Below, piece after piece: positions 9,952 to 18,211 of a DNA stretch of 51,507 nucleotides (positions are counted from its first letter, which is position 1; every line of letters starts with the position of its first letter). The stretch lies in assembly GCA_039589315.1 (NCBI GenBank), contig JBDHHQ010000047.1, forward strand, positions 1 through 51,507, read 5' to 3'. This DNA comes from Gemmatimonadota bacterium. Its GTDB lineage: Bacteria > Gemmatimonadota > Gemmatimonadetes > Longimicrobiales > Gaopeijiaceae. The position numbers and the translations under genes were made by a program. The notes below the pieces were generated by a model. It worked only from the letters and a program-made list of their open reading frames with translations, was not told the origin of the DNA and ran no database searches.

Positions 9952-11181
9952 GTGCTCCGTCGCACGCACGTCGCGCCCTTCGTGCGAACGGCCGGCGGCA
10001 CTGTGGAGGTGGACTACCTCCGGGACCCGGACGGGCGAGTCGCCGCCCTTCTGGACCGGCTGGCGCGGCTGGTTCGCCGGCTGGAGGGGTGTCCGCGCCC
10101 GGTGGTCTCGGAGTCGCTGAGGCGGCAGGAGCGGCGGGTCCGGGATTCCCGGCGCCTGGCCGGGGTGTCGAAGACCCTGCTGGACCTGTGCCGCTTCCGT
10201 CCGCCGGACGGATGGGGGCAGGCGCCGGAGGTGCGCGAGGCCCTGTTTCGGGCCAGGGGGGAGATGTGGCCGCCCGTCCCCGGCGACGAACGGCTCCCCT
10301 ACCGGCGGGTGGACGAGGCCCTGGGCCTGGCCGAGGAAGACGTCGACCGGCTGCTCTACGCGGACGATCCCGGCGCCGTGCTCCTCGAACGGGCTCCACG
10401 TGTGAGCGGAGCGGAGCTGCTCGACCGCTACAACCTAGAGCTCGCCCGGGCCGTGCTGCTGGATGCCGAGCGCGTGGAGATCACCGCCCGGGGCGGCTGG
10501 CGTGGGATCTTCCGCGCGGTCAAGCTCGCGGGCCTCATGTACGAGGTCGAGCGTGTGTCGGCCCGGAGGTACCGGGTCACGCTGACCGGACCGGCGGCGG
10601 ACTTCGTGACGCATCCCCGGCGCTACGGAGCGCGCTTCGCCCGGGTACTGCCGGCGGTCGTCCGAGCTCCGGGCTGGCGCGTCGAGGCGCGGGTCCTGAC
10701 CCACGGGAAGCCTCACCGCTACGTGCTCGACGCCTCGCGACTGCCCGCCCCGCCGAAGCGGAGGCGGTCCCGGCGCTACGATTCGACCTGGGAACGGAGC
10801 CTGGCCGATCAGTTCGCCGCACGCGTGGGCCCGAAGCGGGGGGGATGGACGTTGATCCGGGAGGAGACGCCCGTCGCCCTTGGCGAGAGCGTGTTCCTGC
10901 CCGACTTCACCCTACGCCACCGGGACGGCCGGGAGGCCCTGGTGGAGGTGGTCGGTTTCTGGACCCCGGAGTACCTCGACGCAAAGGTCGCCAAGGTCCG
11001 CGAGGCGGACCTCGAGCACCTGATCCTGGTGGTGTCAGGGACCCTGGCCGCCGGCGAGCTGACCGAGGCGTCCCGGGGTCCGGTTCTCTGGTTCAAGGGG
11101 AAGCCGAAGATCGCCGAGGTGCTGGAGGCTGCGGAGAAGGTGGCGCGGCGGGATCCGGGCATTCGGTCCGGAGGGTCGTGA
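9952..11181 (+). CDS. DUF790 family (Bax1-like) endonuclease
   Basis: GTG start VLRRTH; LYAD, LLDRYNLELARAVL, GP...RYGARFA, YDSTWE, nuclease motif PDF...VEVVGFWTPEYL; directly follows the XPB-like gene. Confidence 0.85.
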   Translation: MLRRTHVAPFVRTAGGTVEVDYLRDPDGRVAALLDRLARLVRRLEGCPRPVVSESLRRQERRVRDSRRLAGVSKTLLDLCRFRPPDGWGQAPEVREALFRARGEMWPPVPGDERLPYRRVDEALGLAEEDVDRLLYADDPGAVLLERAPRVSGAELLDRYNLELARAVLLDAERVEITARGGWRGIFRAVKLAGLMYEVERVSARRYRVTLTGPAADFVTHPRRYGARFARVLPAVVRAPGWRVEARVLTHGKPHRYVLDASRLPAPPKRRRSRRYDSTWERSLADQFAARVGPKRGGWTLIREETPVALGESVFLPDFTLRHRDGREALVEVVGFWTPEYLDAKVAKVREADLEHLILVVSGTLAAGELTEASRGPVLWFKGKPKIAEVLEAAEKVARRDPGIRSGGS

Positions 11182-11241
11182 GGGGGGGTGGGACTGGGCG
11201 TCCGTCCCAGGCGTTGGGCTCGCCGTCTCCCCCCCCTCTCA

Positions 11242-11531
11242 CCGAAGGCCGAGGATGCGGGCGAGCGCTGCGGGTCCGACCCCGACGGTGGCGCGGAAGC
11301 GGCGCTCGAGGGTGCGGCGGCTCATGCCCATGCGGTCGGCGATCGTGCCGCTGCCCGGCGAGCCCTGGGTCTCTCTGATGCTCGCGATGGCGCGGGCCAC
11401 GAAACGGTCGGGTGCGAACCGCGACAGACGTGCGATGAGGATCCGGTCCGCGAGCCGAGGACGGTCTCCGACCGGCACCTCGTCCAGTGGACGGAACGCC
11501 GCGAGATCGGTGTGCTTCGCGACGTCAGCCA
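11242..11531 (-). pseudogene. Internal fragment of an AraC-family gene, paralogous to 27782..28071
   Basis: Ungapped 290-nt match with about 39 mismatches by hand count; lacks the N-terminal domain and the second HTH. Confidence 0.85.
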
Positions 11532-11601
11532 TCAACCTCAGGGCGCAGGAAACAAAAGACCGCTCGACTGGTCTCGGGAACCCCTCACCACTTGTGCGCA
11601 T

Positions 11602-11630
11602 TCATTCTACAAATGACATTGATAGAATGA
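11602..11630. promoter_or_regulatory. Inverted repeat, putative repressor operator
   Basis: TCATTCTACAAATG-A-CATTGATAGAATGA, 12/14 arm match, containing a TAGAAT -10-like hexamer, at the start of permease 1. Confidence 0.6.
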
Positions 11631-11729
11631 TAGTGGATCCCTCGACGCGCCCAGGCTCCTCGGACCCCGAGCGACTCGGGTCACTGGCTGTCCGCGTGTA
11701 CCGGCTGTGCCTGTTCGCGTTTCCGCGCG

Positions 11730-14381
11730 GTGTTCGCCGTGTTCGAGGCGCTCGTGGCGAGGCGACGCCGGAAGGCCGGCGCGTTCCGGGCCGCTTTCTT
11801 CGCGATCCGCATGTGGATCGATGCCCTGAGCGAGGGCTGGGTGGCCCGGATACGACTACGGGACGACGGGAGGAGGGGAAGGATGCTCGACGATCTATGG
11901 ACCGACCTGAGGCACTCCATACGCGCCTTGGCCAAGTCTCCGGTGCACGCGTTCGTTCTGGTTGTGACGCTTGCACTCGGGGTCGGAGCCACCACCGCGA
12001 TCTTTTCGTTGTTGTACGGCGTTCTGTACACGCCCCTGCCGTACGACGACCCGGGCGAGCTCGTCTCGGTGGTACACCGCGCCACGAACGTGGAGGGTGT
12101 TGCCCCGCGTGGTCCCGGCGGGACCGACCTGGTCGATTACATGGACGGCGTGCCGTCCATCGACGGCCTGGGCGGGGTGCAAACCCTCGAAACCAACCTC
12201 AATGACGACGACGGCGCTGCCCGCGTCGTCATGGGCTGGACCACGCCGGACTTCTTTCAGGTGATCGGCGTCCAAGCCTCGCTGGGTCGTGTGCTGCGAG
12301 CCGACGACTGGGCCGGTGCGGACCGGGCCCGAATGGAGGATCCGGACTTCACGCCTCCGCCGATGGCGGTCCTGCTGAGTCACGGGCTCTGGGCTCGTCG
12401 CTTCGGCGAGGACCCGGACGTGCTCGGCCGCACGCTACGGCTCAACGGGCAGGCGATGAACGTGGTGGGAGTGCTGCCGCCGAGCTTTCGGTTGCACATG
12501 AGGGCCGACGCGGAGATCTCGCCTGACGTAGACGCGTGGGCGCTGATGCCCGTGCCCTTGATCGATGCCGGGCGGGGCCTCAGCGGACTCACCGTGATCG
12601 GTCGGCTGGCCGATGGGGCGACTCTCGATCGAGCCCGAGCCGAGATGGAGGGCTTGCTGGAGGAGCTGACCGCGGCGCATGAGGTGCACGCTCGGCTGGG
12701 GACCGTCGTAGAGGTCGATCCACTTCACGACCAGGTGGTCGGTCCCGCGAAAGCCCTGTTGTGGCCCCTGTTCGGAGCGGTGAGCCTGCTCCTCCTGATC
12801 GCTTGTGTCAACGTGGCCAACCTCCTTCTCGTACGGGCGTCGGCTCGGGAGCGCGAGTTCGCGGTTCGCGCGGCGCTCGGCGTAGGGCGTGCCCGCGTTG
12901 TGCGCCAGCTACTCACGGAGAGCCTGGTAGTAGCGCTCCTGGGGACGGGCGCAGGCGTCGTGCTCGCGCTGTTGGCCGTCGAGGGTCTGGTCGGGCTGGG
13001 ACCGGCCAACCTGCCCCGGCTCGAGGCGGTCTCCCTGGAGGGTAGCGTGCTCTGGATCAGTGTGGTCGCGAGCGTGATGGTGGCCGTGACGTTCGGGCTC
13101 GCCCCGGCGCTGACGTCGGCGCGCGTCTCCGGCCAGTCACTCCTGTCCACGCGGGGAGTCGGCACGGTGGGGCCAGCGGGAGTCCAGCTGCGGCGCTGGC
13201 TCATCGTGGGCGAGCTCGCCGTCTCGGTGGTCCTGGTCGCCGGCGCCGGCTTGCTGGTCAGGAGCTTCGCGCAGCTTCGCGCGGTCGACCTGGGCGTCGA
13301 CCCTGAATCGGTCGTCGCCGTCGACGTTGCCGTCCCCTTCTTCAGCTATCGTGACGACGCGACCCGGTCGGCGTTTTTCGTCCAACTGGCCGAGCGAGCG
13401 CAGACGATCTCCGGCGTGAAGGCCGCGGGGGTCACGGCCCGATTGCCCCTCGAGCCGGGGAGCGGCGGTACGTGGAACGCCCCCTACGCGCCCGTCGGCG
13501 AGGTCATAGAGGCCGAGGACGCACCGCGTGCCCGGTACCGCTCGATGACGCCGGGCGCCATGGAAGCCCTCGGTCTCCGTTTCCGCGAGGGCCGTGGCTT
13601 CGTGGCCGCGGACGAGCAGCCAGGTGACCTGGTGAGCGTGGTCGTGGACTCGGGGCTGGCGGGCCGGTATTGGCCAGACGGCGCGGTCGGTCAGTCGCTG
13701 GAGATTCGTGTGGCCGGCTACACCGGGCAGCCATCCACCGTCCAGGCCCGCGTGGTGGGCGTTACGGAGCCAGCACGGTTCACGTCCGTCGCGGAAGCGG
13801 ACGAGCCCACGATCTACGTACCTTACCACCAGTTCACCCCGGTCGACGGTACGCTCGTCCTCCGCTCCGATCGAGATGCCGCCGAGATCGCCGCTGAGGT
13901 GCGCTCGATCGTCGGTTCACTGGACGGAAGCGTTCCGGTCTTCTCGGTACGCACCTTCGGCGCGGTGGTCGACGGAGCAACCGCGGAGGCCCGCCACGCT
14001 CTCTGGCTCATGGGGGCTTTCGCGGTCACCGCGCTGATTCTCGCAGCCGTGGGTCTGTACGGCGTAATCTCGACGCTGGCGCTTCAGCGCACCCGTGAGA
14101 TCGGTGTGCGGCTCGCGCTGGGCGCGGTCGGCGGCGACATCGCCCGGATGATCGGGGTCGACGGAGTCAGGTTGGTCGTGCCGGGCCTGCTCGCAGGGCT
14201 GGTGCTGGCGTTCCTGGCCAGCCCGCTCCTGCGCGCGTTGCTCTACCAGGTCGAGCCCGTCGATCCCGCGACCCTTGGCGTCACCGTGATCGTATTGGGA
14301 ACGGTCGGATTGGTGGCGAGCTTGCTCCCGGCGGCCCGTGCCGCCCGAATGGACCCGGTGGAGGCGCTCCGTGAAGAGTGA
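11730..14381 (+). CDS. ADOP-type duplicated ABC permease 1 (N-terminal extension frameshifted; internal ATG at 11883)
   Basis: DLRHSIRAL...VTLALGVGATTAIFS, LLIACVNVANLLL, R.REFAVRAALG, second FtsX half GLYGV...REIGVRLALGA, PAARAARMDPVEALREE. Confidence 0.92.
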   Translation: MFAVFEALVARRRRKAGAFRAAFFAIRMWIDALSEGWVARIRLRDDGRRGRMLDDLWTDLRHSIRALAKSPVHAFVLVVTLALGVGATTAIFSLLYGVLYTPLPYDDPGELVSVVHRATNVEGVAPRGPGGTDLVDYMDGVPSIDGLGGVQTLETNLNDDDGAARVVMGWTTPDFFQVIGVQASLGRVLRADDWAGADRARMEDPDFTPPPMAVLLSHGLWARRFGEDPDVLGRTLRLNGQAMNVVGVLPPSFRLHMRADAEISPDVDAWALMPVPLIDAGRGLSGLTVIGRLADGATLDRARAEMEGLLEELTAAHEVHARLGTVVEVDPLHDQVVGPAKALLWPLFGAVSLLLLIACVNVANLLLVRASAREREFAVRAALGVGRARVVRQLLTESLVVALLGTGAGVVLALLAVEGLVGLGPANLPRLEAVSLEGSVLWISVVASVMVAVTFGLAPALTSARVSGQSLLSTRGVGTVGPAGVQLRRWLIVGELAVSVVLVAGAGLLVRSFAQLRAVDLGVDPESVVAVDVAVPFFSYRDDATRSAFFVQLAERAQTISGVKAAGVTARLPLEPGSGGTWNAPYAPVGEVIEAEDAPRARYRSMTPGAMEALGLRFREGRGFVAADEQPGDLVSVVVDSGLAGRYWPDGAVGQSLEIRVAGYTGQPSTVQARVVGVTEPARFTSVAEADEPTIYVPYHQFTPVDGTLVLRSDRDAAEIAAEVRSIVGSLDGSVPVFSVRTFGAVVDGATAEARHALWLMGAFAVTALILAAVGLYGVISTLALQRTREIGVRLALGAVGGDIARMIGVDGVRLVVPGLLAGLVLAFLASPLLRALLYQVEPVDPATLGVTVIVLGTVGLVASLLPAARAARMDPVEALREE

Positions 14382-14429
14382 TCCATGAACGACCCGGTGG
14401 AGGCGCTCCGTGAGGACTGATCCATGAGC
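14352..14429 (+). repeat. 39-bp imperfect tandem duplication of the permease 3' end/PadR start
   Basis: GACCCGGTGGAGGCGCTCCGTGAAGAGTGATCCATGAAC then GACCCGGTGGAGGCGCTCCGTGAGGACTGATCCATGAGC (3 mismatches). Confidence 0.9.
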
Positions 14430-14780
14430 GACGCGAGTCCCGAGTCCTTCTTGCCACTCAGCGCGCCTGTGTACGGCGTGCTGCTGACACTGGGTGAGCA
14501 GGCAATGCACGGTTATGGCATCATCGTCGAGTTCGAGGCGCGGACCGGGCAGGAGGGAGCGCTCCTGCCCGGGTCCCTGTACAACACGCTGGCCCGCATG
14601 CTTTCACAGGGTCTCGTGGAGGAGGTCCCGCCCCCGGAGCCCGGCCGGGACCCCAGAAAGCGGTATTACCGAGCCACGGATCTGGGTAGGAACGTCGCGA
14701 AGGCCGAATCGGAACGACTACGGTCGTTGTTGCGGTTGGCGGAGGAGCGAAATCTGGGCGGGCAGCCGTCGACGGCGTAG
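14424..14780 (+). CDS. PadR family transcriptional regulator (type A, FLPL)
   Basis: FLPLS...VLLTL...HGYGII...PGSLYNTLARM...RKRYYRATDLG. Confidence 0.93.
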   Translation: MSDASPESFLPLSAPVYGVLLTLGEQAMHGYGIIVEFEARTGQEGALLPGSLYNTLARMLSQGLVEEVPPPEPGRDPRKRYYRATDLGRNVAKAESERLRSLLRLAEERNLGGQPSTA

Positions 14781-14915
14781 CGCCCTTCAGCGTCCCTACC
14801 GGACGGAGCACGAGCTCGGTCCTCAGGGAGGATGGCTAGGTCCCAAGCTGACCGAGGACGAGCTCCCGACCTCCGTCGGACCCGGACGGGCCGCAACGCT
14901 GCCGGGACGGGTCCC

Positions 14916-17645
14916 CTACTCCACGGACATCGCCCGCACCGGATCCACCCGCGTAGCCCGGCGGGCCGGGAGGTACGCAGCCACGGCCGCAACCGCCAGC
15001 AGAAAGGCAGAGACGCCCACCAGCACGACGGGGTCCGTCGGAGATACCCCGAACAGGAGGCTTGCCAACGCACGGGTCCCCGCGAGCGAGGCCAGAAGGC
15101 CCAGGACGAGCCCCACACCCGTGAGGGCGAGCCCCCGGCCCACCACCAGGCGCAGCACCGAGCGCTTGTCGGCCCCCAGCGCCATGCGGATGCCGATCTC
15201 CCGGCTCCGCCGACCCACGAGCTGCGAGAGCACGCCCTGAATGCCCACCGCGGCCAGCAAGAGGGCGAACCCGGCGAAGGTCACCAGGAGCAGCGCGTTG
15301 AAGCGGGGCTGTGCCAGCGAGGCGGAGATCACATCCTCCATCGGCTGGATCTGATACAGGGGCTGATCGGGGTTGATGCGGCTGACCGTGGTCCGGAGGG
15401 TTGCCGCCAGGGCCGCGAAATCGTTGGCGGTCCGGACCAGTACCGCCATGTCCCTCGGTGTGAGTTGTCCGACGGGGAGGTACATGTGGGCCTGGGTCTC
15501 GCGGTCCAGCCCTCCGTGCTTTACGCTCCCGACAACGCCGATGATGCGGCGGGACCCGGCCCGGTCCACCCGTTGACCGATGGGATCCTCGCCGGGCCAG
15601 AACCGGCGGGCGGCCTCCTCGTCGATGACCGCCACGGGCTCGCCGTCGACGTTGTCGGTGGCGTCGAAGTCGCGGCCCCGGAGCAGCGGAATCCGGGCGG
15701 TCTGGAAGTAGTCGCCCGCCACGTAGCGCATGTTGGCCAGGTAGTCCTCCCCCGTTTCGCGCCCCTCGATCGTGAAGGATGCCGTGTTGTTGCCCGCGGC
15801 CAGGGGCAGCCGGTTCACGGCGCCGACGCTGCTGACCCCCGGGAGCCCGGCGATCCGGTCCAGGAGCTCGGCGTAGAACACCCGAACGTCCTCGGTCTCG
15901 GGGTAGCGGATCTCGAGGGGCGCCACCCGGAAGCTCACGGTGTTGGCCGGATCGAAGCCGGGAGCGACGTCGACGATGCGGCCGAAGCTCCGGAGCATCA
16001 GTCCCGAGCCGACCAGCAGCAGAAGCGCCAGTGCGATCTCGGCGACGACGAGCCCGTCCTTGAGCCGATGGCCCCGGCGGCTGGAGGCGCCCCGGCCGCC
16101 GCCTTCCTTCAGCGTCGCCTGGAGGTCCGCGGCGGACGCCTGGAGCGCGGGAAGGGTCGCGAACAACACACCGGCCAGGACCGAAAGGGCTGCGGTGAAG
16201 GCCAGCACCCGCCCATCCAGAGCCACCGCGTCGAGACGAGGGATGTCCGCCGGTCCGAGGCGCACCAGTACGCGGTTCAGGCTCCCGCCCAGGGCCAGGC
16301 CGAGCGCTCCGCCGGCCAGAGAGAGCATGACCCCTTCGGTGACCAGCTGCGAGCTGATGCGTCCCCGGCTCGCACCCATCGACATGCGGACCGCGATCTC
16401 GCGCTCCCGGCCGAGGGACCGGGCCAGGAACAGGTTGGAGACGTTCGCACACGCGATCAGGAAGACCAGGCCCACGGCGCCCAGCAGGACCAGGAGCGCC
16501 GTCTCGACATCCCCCACCATCTCGTCCCGGGCCGAGAAGACCCCGACGTTCCATCCCGAGTCGTCCAGGAAGGTGGTCTGCTCTCGGGCCATCTCCCGGA
16601 CGTTCCCGGCAAGCACGTCGGCGTTGGCCTGCGCGGCGTCGAACGAAACCCCGTCGGTGAGTCGCCCGATCACCTGCAGGTACTCGTTGGTCCACCGATT
16701 CGGGTCCAGCTCCTCGGGGGTGAAGGAGAGGGGCACCAGGAGCTCGGCCTGGCTCTCGAGGTCCTCGGGCACGACGCCCACGACCGTGTACGCCTCACCG
16801 CCCATCCGCATCGAGGTGCCCACGACCCCGGGATCCGCACCGAACCGGCGCTGCCACAGCTCGTGGCTCAGCACCACGACCCGGTCGTTGCCGGGCTCCG
16901 CTTCCTCCTCGAGGAACGTCCGGCCGATCTCTGCGTCGATTCGGAGGACCTGGAAGTAGCCCGGCGTGACGGCGGCGCCCAGAATGCGCTCCGGACCCTC
17001 GTCCCCGCTCACGTCGTAGCGGCCGAAGTCGATGGCGGCGAGCTCCTCGAAGACCTCGTTCTTCTCGCGATAGTCGACGAAGCCCGGGGCCGAGACGGAG
17101 GCGATGAGATCGAACTTCTCGTACGTATGGTGCAGGGTCGCGAGCCGGTCCGACTCGGGATAGGGAAGCGCGTTCAACAGGACCGAGTTGACCACGCTGA
17201 ACATCGACGTGTTGGCACCGATCCCAACGGCCAGCGTCAGGACCACCACGAAGGCGAATGCCGGGTGATGCATCAGATGTCGCCAGGCGTAGCGCGCGTC
17301 GGCAAGTAGATTCTGGAACACGGTCGTCCTCCCTCTCCCCCTCATCGATGACGGTGGCTCCGGACCCGCCGAACCCGGAGGTCCGGAGCGTTCACTGCGG
17401 CCTGTCCCGCCCCCACGAATCCGCTCGGTGAATGCCGTGGCCACGAGATCCGTCCCACCGCGAAGCCACGCCCGGGGCCATCCGGCGAGCCGTCTCCGGG
17501 TCGTCTCGTCCCGGAGCAGGTCCCGGAAGTCCTCGGCCATCTGGTTCCGATAGGCCGCGCGGAACGGGCGAGGCAGCAGCACCAGCAGCGTGCGATAGAC
17601 CGCGACCGATGCGCGCTCGACGACGGATCCCACGTGGTGGGTCAT
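14916..17645 (-). CDS. ADOP-type duplicated ABC permease 2
   Basis: TLAVGIGANTSMFSVVN, LIACANVSNL, REIAVRMSMGA, PARRATRVDP; ATGA overlap with PadR stop. Confidence 0.95.
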   Translation of the reverse strand: MTHHVGSVVERASVAVYRTLLVLLPRPFRAAYRNQMAEDFRDLLRDETTRRRLAGWPRAWLRGGTDLVATAFTERIRGGGTGRSERSGPPGSAGPEPPSSMRGRGRTTVFQNLLADARYAWRHLMHHPAFAFVVVLTLAVGIGANTSMFSVVNSVLLNALPYPESDRLATLHHTYEKFDLIASVSAPGFVDYREKNEVFEELAAIDFGRYDVSGDEGPERILGAAVTPGYFQVLRIDAEIGRTFLEEEAEPGNDRVVVLSHELWQRRFGADPGVVGTSMRMGGEAYTVVGVVPEDLESQAELLVPLSFTPEELDPNRWTNEYLQVIGRLTDGVSFDAAQANADVLAGNVREMAREQTTFLDDSGWNVGVFSARDEMVGDVETALLVLLGAVGLVFLIACANVSNLFLARSLGREREIAVRMSMGASRGRISSQLVTEGVMLSLAGGALGLALGGSLNRVLVRLGPADIPRLDAVALDGRVLAFTAALSVLAGVLFATLPALQASAADLQATLKEGGGRGASSRRGHRLKDGLVVAEIALALLLLVGSGLMLRSFGRIVDVAPGFDPANTVSFRVAPLEIRYPETEDVRVFYAELLDRIAGLPGVSSVGAVNRLPLAAGNNTASFTIEGRETGEDYLANMRYVAGDYFQTARIPLLRGRDFDATDNVDGEPVAVIDEEAARRFWPGEDPIGQRVDRAGSRRIIGVVGSVKHGGLDRETQAHMYLPVGQLTPRDMAVLVRTANDFAALAATLRTTVSRINPDQPLYQIQPMEDVISASLAQPRFNALLLVTFAGFALLLAAVGIQGVLSQLVGRRSREIGIRMALGADKRSVLRLVVGRGLALTGVGLVLGLLASLAGTRALASLLFGVSPTDPVVLVGVSAFLLAVAAVAAYLPARRATRVDPVRAMSVE

Positions 17646-17995
17646 CCCTCGGGTACCAGGTCCTTGGCACGCGCCAGGTCAGCCAGGTACGCCAGGCGCC
17701 CCCCTTCGGCCGTGAGCACCTGCTGGCCCAGCTCGGTGATCTCGAACAGCTGACGGGGATGACGCCCCCGCTCGGCCTCGCGCTCCTCACCCTCCCGGAC
17801 CAGCCCCTCCTGGGCCAGGCGCCGGAGTGCGCCGTACACGGTGCCGGGCCCCACCGCCTTCCCGGAGGACGCTTCCAGCTGCTTCATGATGCCGTAGCCG
17901 TGGCGCGGCTCGTCCACCAACGCCAGCAGCACGTGAAACGTGGTGGCGGTCAGAGGAAGGAACGCGTCCAGCGAGCGTTCGGATCGTGCTGGCAT
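17642..17995 (-). CDS. PadR family transcriptional regulator (type A, FLPL)
   Basis: FLPLTATTFHVLLAL...HGYGIM...GPGTVYGALRRL...RQLFEITELG. Confidence 0.93.
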   Translation of the reverse strand: MPARSERSLDAFLPLTATTFHVLLALVDEPRHGYGIMKQLEASSGKAVGPGTVYGALRRLAQEGLVREGEEREAERGRHPRQLFEITELGQQVLTAEGGRLAYLADLARAKDLVPEG

Positions 17996-18037
17996 GGGTG
18001 TGGCCTCGTCGGTCGTGGCTGGGGTGGCCCCCGTGAT

Positions 18038-18081
18038 TATTACGTCGTGCTGAATATTACGTGCCACATAGCAATAGACAA
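18038..18081 (-). promoter_or_regulatory. Promoter/operator region of PadR-permease 2
   Basis: Minus TTGTCT-N16-TAATAT; direct repeat TATTACGT at 18038 and 18055. Confidence 0.5.
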
Positions 18082-18211
18082 GGCGATGGCGCTGAGGGTT
18101 GGAATGGTGGGCCGGGGTGGTGTGCGACAGGAGCTCGTCGAAGAGCCGTGGGGGCCCGAGATCAGGCACTCGGGGCGGCGCCCGGGGCCCAGTCGGACCC
18201 CGGGGCTGCTC

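Noticed and set aside
14780..14830. LRPVGTLKG on the minus strand as a fourth permease tail remnant
   Set aside because: Too short and lacks the PARRA motif.
14832..17309. Long antisense ORFs opposite real genes (also 501..1751, 2646..4253, 17432..19120, 23616..25157, 34594..36543)
   Set aside because: Shadow frames expected at high GC; no motifs; they overlap well-supported genes.
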